From positions 1-39,864 of the IMG/VR virus record IMGVR_UViG_3300045988_044618: a stretch of DNA of 39,864 nucleotides; one strand, given 5' to 3'. A program made the translations under genes and the position numbers. Within the stretch, counting starts at the first letter, position 1. Each line of letters starts with the position of its first letter. Source of the stretch: a virus. The notes under the pieces were generated by a model. That model was not told the DNA's origin. It did not search any database and saw only the letters and a list, made by a program, of their open reading frames with translations. Positions 39,405 to 39,864 of the stretch are shown here, piece after piece.

Positions 39405-39864
39405 TCGGACACCTCATGATTTTCTTTTTCATCAGAAAAATGCAGCTCCATCAAGTCGGCAATCGCGAGGTACTCTTTAGCGTATTTGCTGCCGCCGTGG
39501 GTTTTCTTGACGATTTCGCGGAACTGCGCTAAATCACCATAAAAGCAACCGCACTGTATGCGGATAATTTTATCCTTGCAGCGGAAAAATGTGGTCGCGC
39601 GGAAATAACGGCCAAAGCCTGTAACGACGGCAAAGTCTGCATCGCCGTAGACCCACGCATTGCCGGAGACCTGCGCATTGCCGTAGACCCACGCATTGCC
39701 GGAGACCTGCGCATTGCCGTAGACCCGCGCATTGCCGTAGACCCACGCATTGCCGGAGACCTGCGCATTGCCGGAGACCCACGCATCGCCGTAGACCCAC
39801 GCATCGCCGGAGACCTGCGCATTGCCGAAGACCTGCGCATCGCCGGAGACCCACGCATTGCCGT
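39401..39864 (-). CDS. Hexapeptide (GNAxVx) repeat protein, 3' part (repeats + C-terminal domain); the 5' part is at 1..200
   Basis: The frame ending at TGA 39403-39401 reads ...GNAWVYGNAQVSGNAWVYGDADFAVVTGFGRYFRATTFFRCKDKIIRIQCGCFYGDLAQFREIVKKTHGGSKYAKEYLAIADLMELHFSDEKENHEVSE. The two track ORFs here (MRGSPAMRRS..., MGLRRCAGLR...) are the wrong frames of the same repeat. Confidence 0.8.
   Translation of the reverse strand, partial: GNAWVSGDAQVFGNAQVSGDAWVYGDAWVSGNAQVSGNAWVYGNARVYGNAQVSGNAWVYGNAQVSGNAWVYGDADFAVVTGFGRYFRATTFFRCKDKIIRIQCGCFYGDLAQFREIVKKTHGGSKYAKEYLAIADLMELHFSDEKENHEVSE
39647..39862 (-). repeat. Twelve tandem 18-bp units encoding G-[ND]-A-x-V-x hexapeptides
   Basis: The units are GGCAATGCGTGGGTCTAC / GGCAATGCGCAGGTCTCC and variants. 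The unit containing GAAGAC (GDAQVF) occurs only once per genome copy. Confidence 0.95.

Larger units (their letters stand above)
1..39864. mobile_element. Complete temperate siphovirus-type phage genome, circularly closed (unit 39,809 bp)
   Basis: All phage modules are present once: switch, replication, packaging, head, tail, lysis, integrase+attP. Nt 1-55 exactly equal nt 39810-39864, and a minus-strand gene is continuous across that junction. Confidence 0.9.

Noticed and set aside
37864-39532. Plus-strand ORFs 37864..38775 (303 aa) and 38651..39532 (293 aa)
   Set aside because: These are Gly/Ala/Pro/His-rich shadow ORFs. They lie antisense to the Cas4-like nuclease gene and neighbouring early genes that have SD sites and translational coupling.
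39529-39858. Track ORFs 39529..39858 (MRGSPAMRRS...) and 39570..39854 (MGLRRCAGLR...) over the tandem repeat
   Set aside because: They are the two wrong reading frames of the 18-bp repeat. They have no SD and give Arg/Ala/Met or Cys/Arg/Leu low-complexity products. The third frame continues into a normal C-terminal domain, ends in an ATGA overlap with the next gene, and joins an SD-preceded start at 200 across the circular junction.
39647-39862. Possibility that the short tandem repeats are a CRISPR array
   Set aside because: The units are 18 bp, directly abutting with no spacers, in phase with a coding frame (hexapeptide repeats). There are no cas genes.
1-39864. Search for reverse transcriptase (retron/DGR), transposase or IS elements, toxin-antitoxin pairs, and rRNA
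   Set aside because: I recognised no ORF with RT (YxDD), DDE transposase or known toxin motifs, and no rRNA-like sequence.

Overview
The window is best read as one complete, circularly closed genome of a temperate siphovirus-type tailed phage. The unit length is 39,809 bp, because nt 1-55 are identical to nt 39810-39864. The host is probably Gram-positive and Clostridia-like; this is an inference from strong AGGAGG-type SD sites and protein families. Nearly all genes lie on the minus strand in canonical order. The Cro-like switch and early genes run 958->187 and continue across the junction. Replication and recombination run 39404->33980 (Cas4-like nuclease, SSB, replisome organizer, DnaB-like helicase, C5-MTase-like, RusA). 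Small early and late-regulator genes run 33974->31189. A ~1-kb coding desert (31188->30176) holds tRNA-Trp, an anticodon-arm-less tRNA-like element and a long structured RNA. Packaging follows (TerS, TerL, SPP1-type portal), then head (MuF-like, scaffold, HK97-fold capsid, connectors). The tail module has the major tail protein, a G/GT chaperone with a -1 slippery site, a tape measure split by a group I-like intron, Dit, a Gp37-like protein and two fibre proteins. Lysis has an amidase+glucosaminidase endolysin and a holin. The plus strand carries the lysogeny module (CI-like repressor, second HTH protein, tyrosine integrase, attP built on a tRNA 3' end) and three self-contained moron-like units. 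The items most worth follow-up are: (1) the tRNA-like plus ~450-nt structured RNA locus upstream of terS; (2) the 205-nt intron in the tape measure gene; (3) an acr/aca-like two-gene operon under a consensus promoter with an 18-bp palindromic operator; (4) an eight-gene accessory operon of Q/G/Cys-rich proteins between lysis and attP; (5) an AT-rich island between repressor and integrase; (6) a DUF4417-like cassette bracketed by 44-bp direct repeats. No CRISPR array, transposase or reverse transcriptase was seen. All family names come from my recognition of motifs; no database search was possible.
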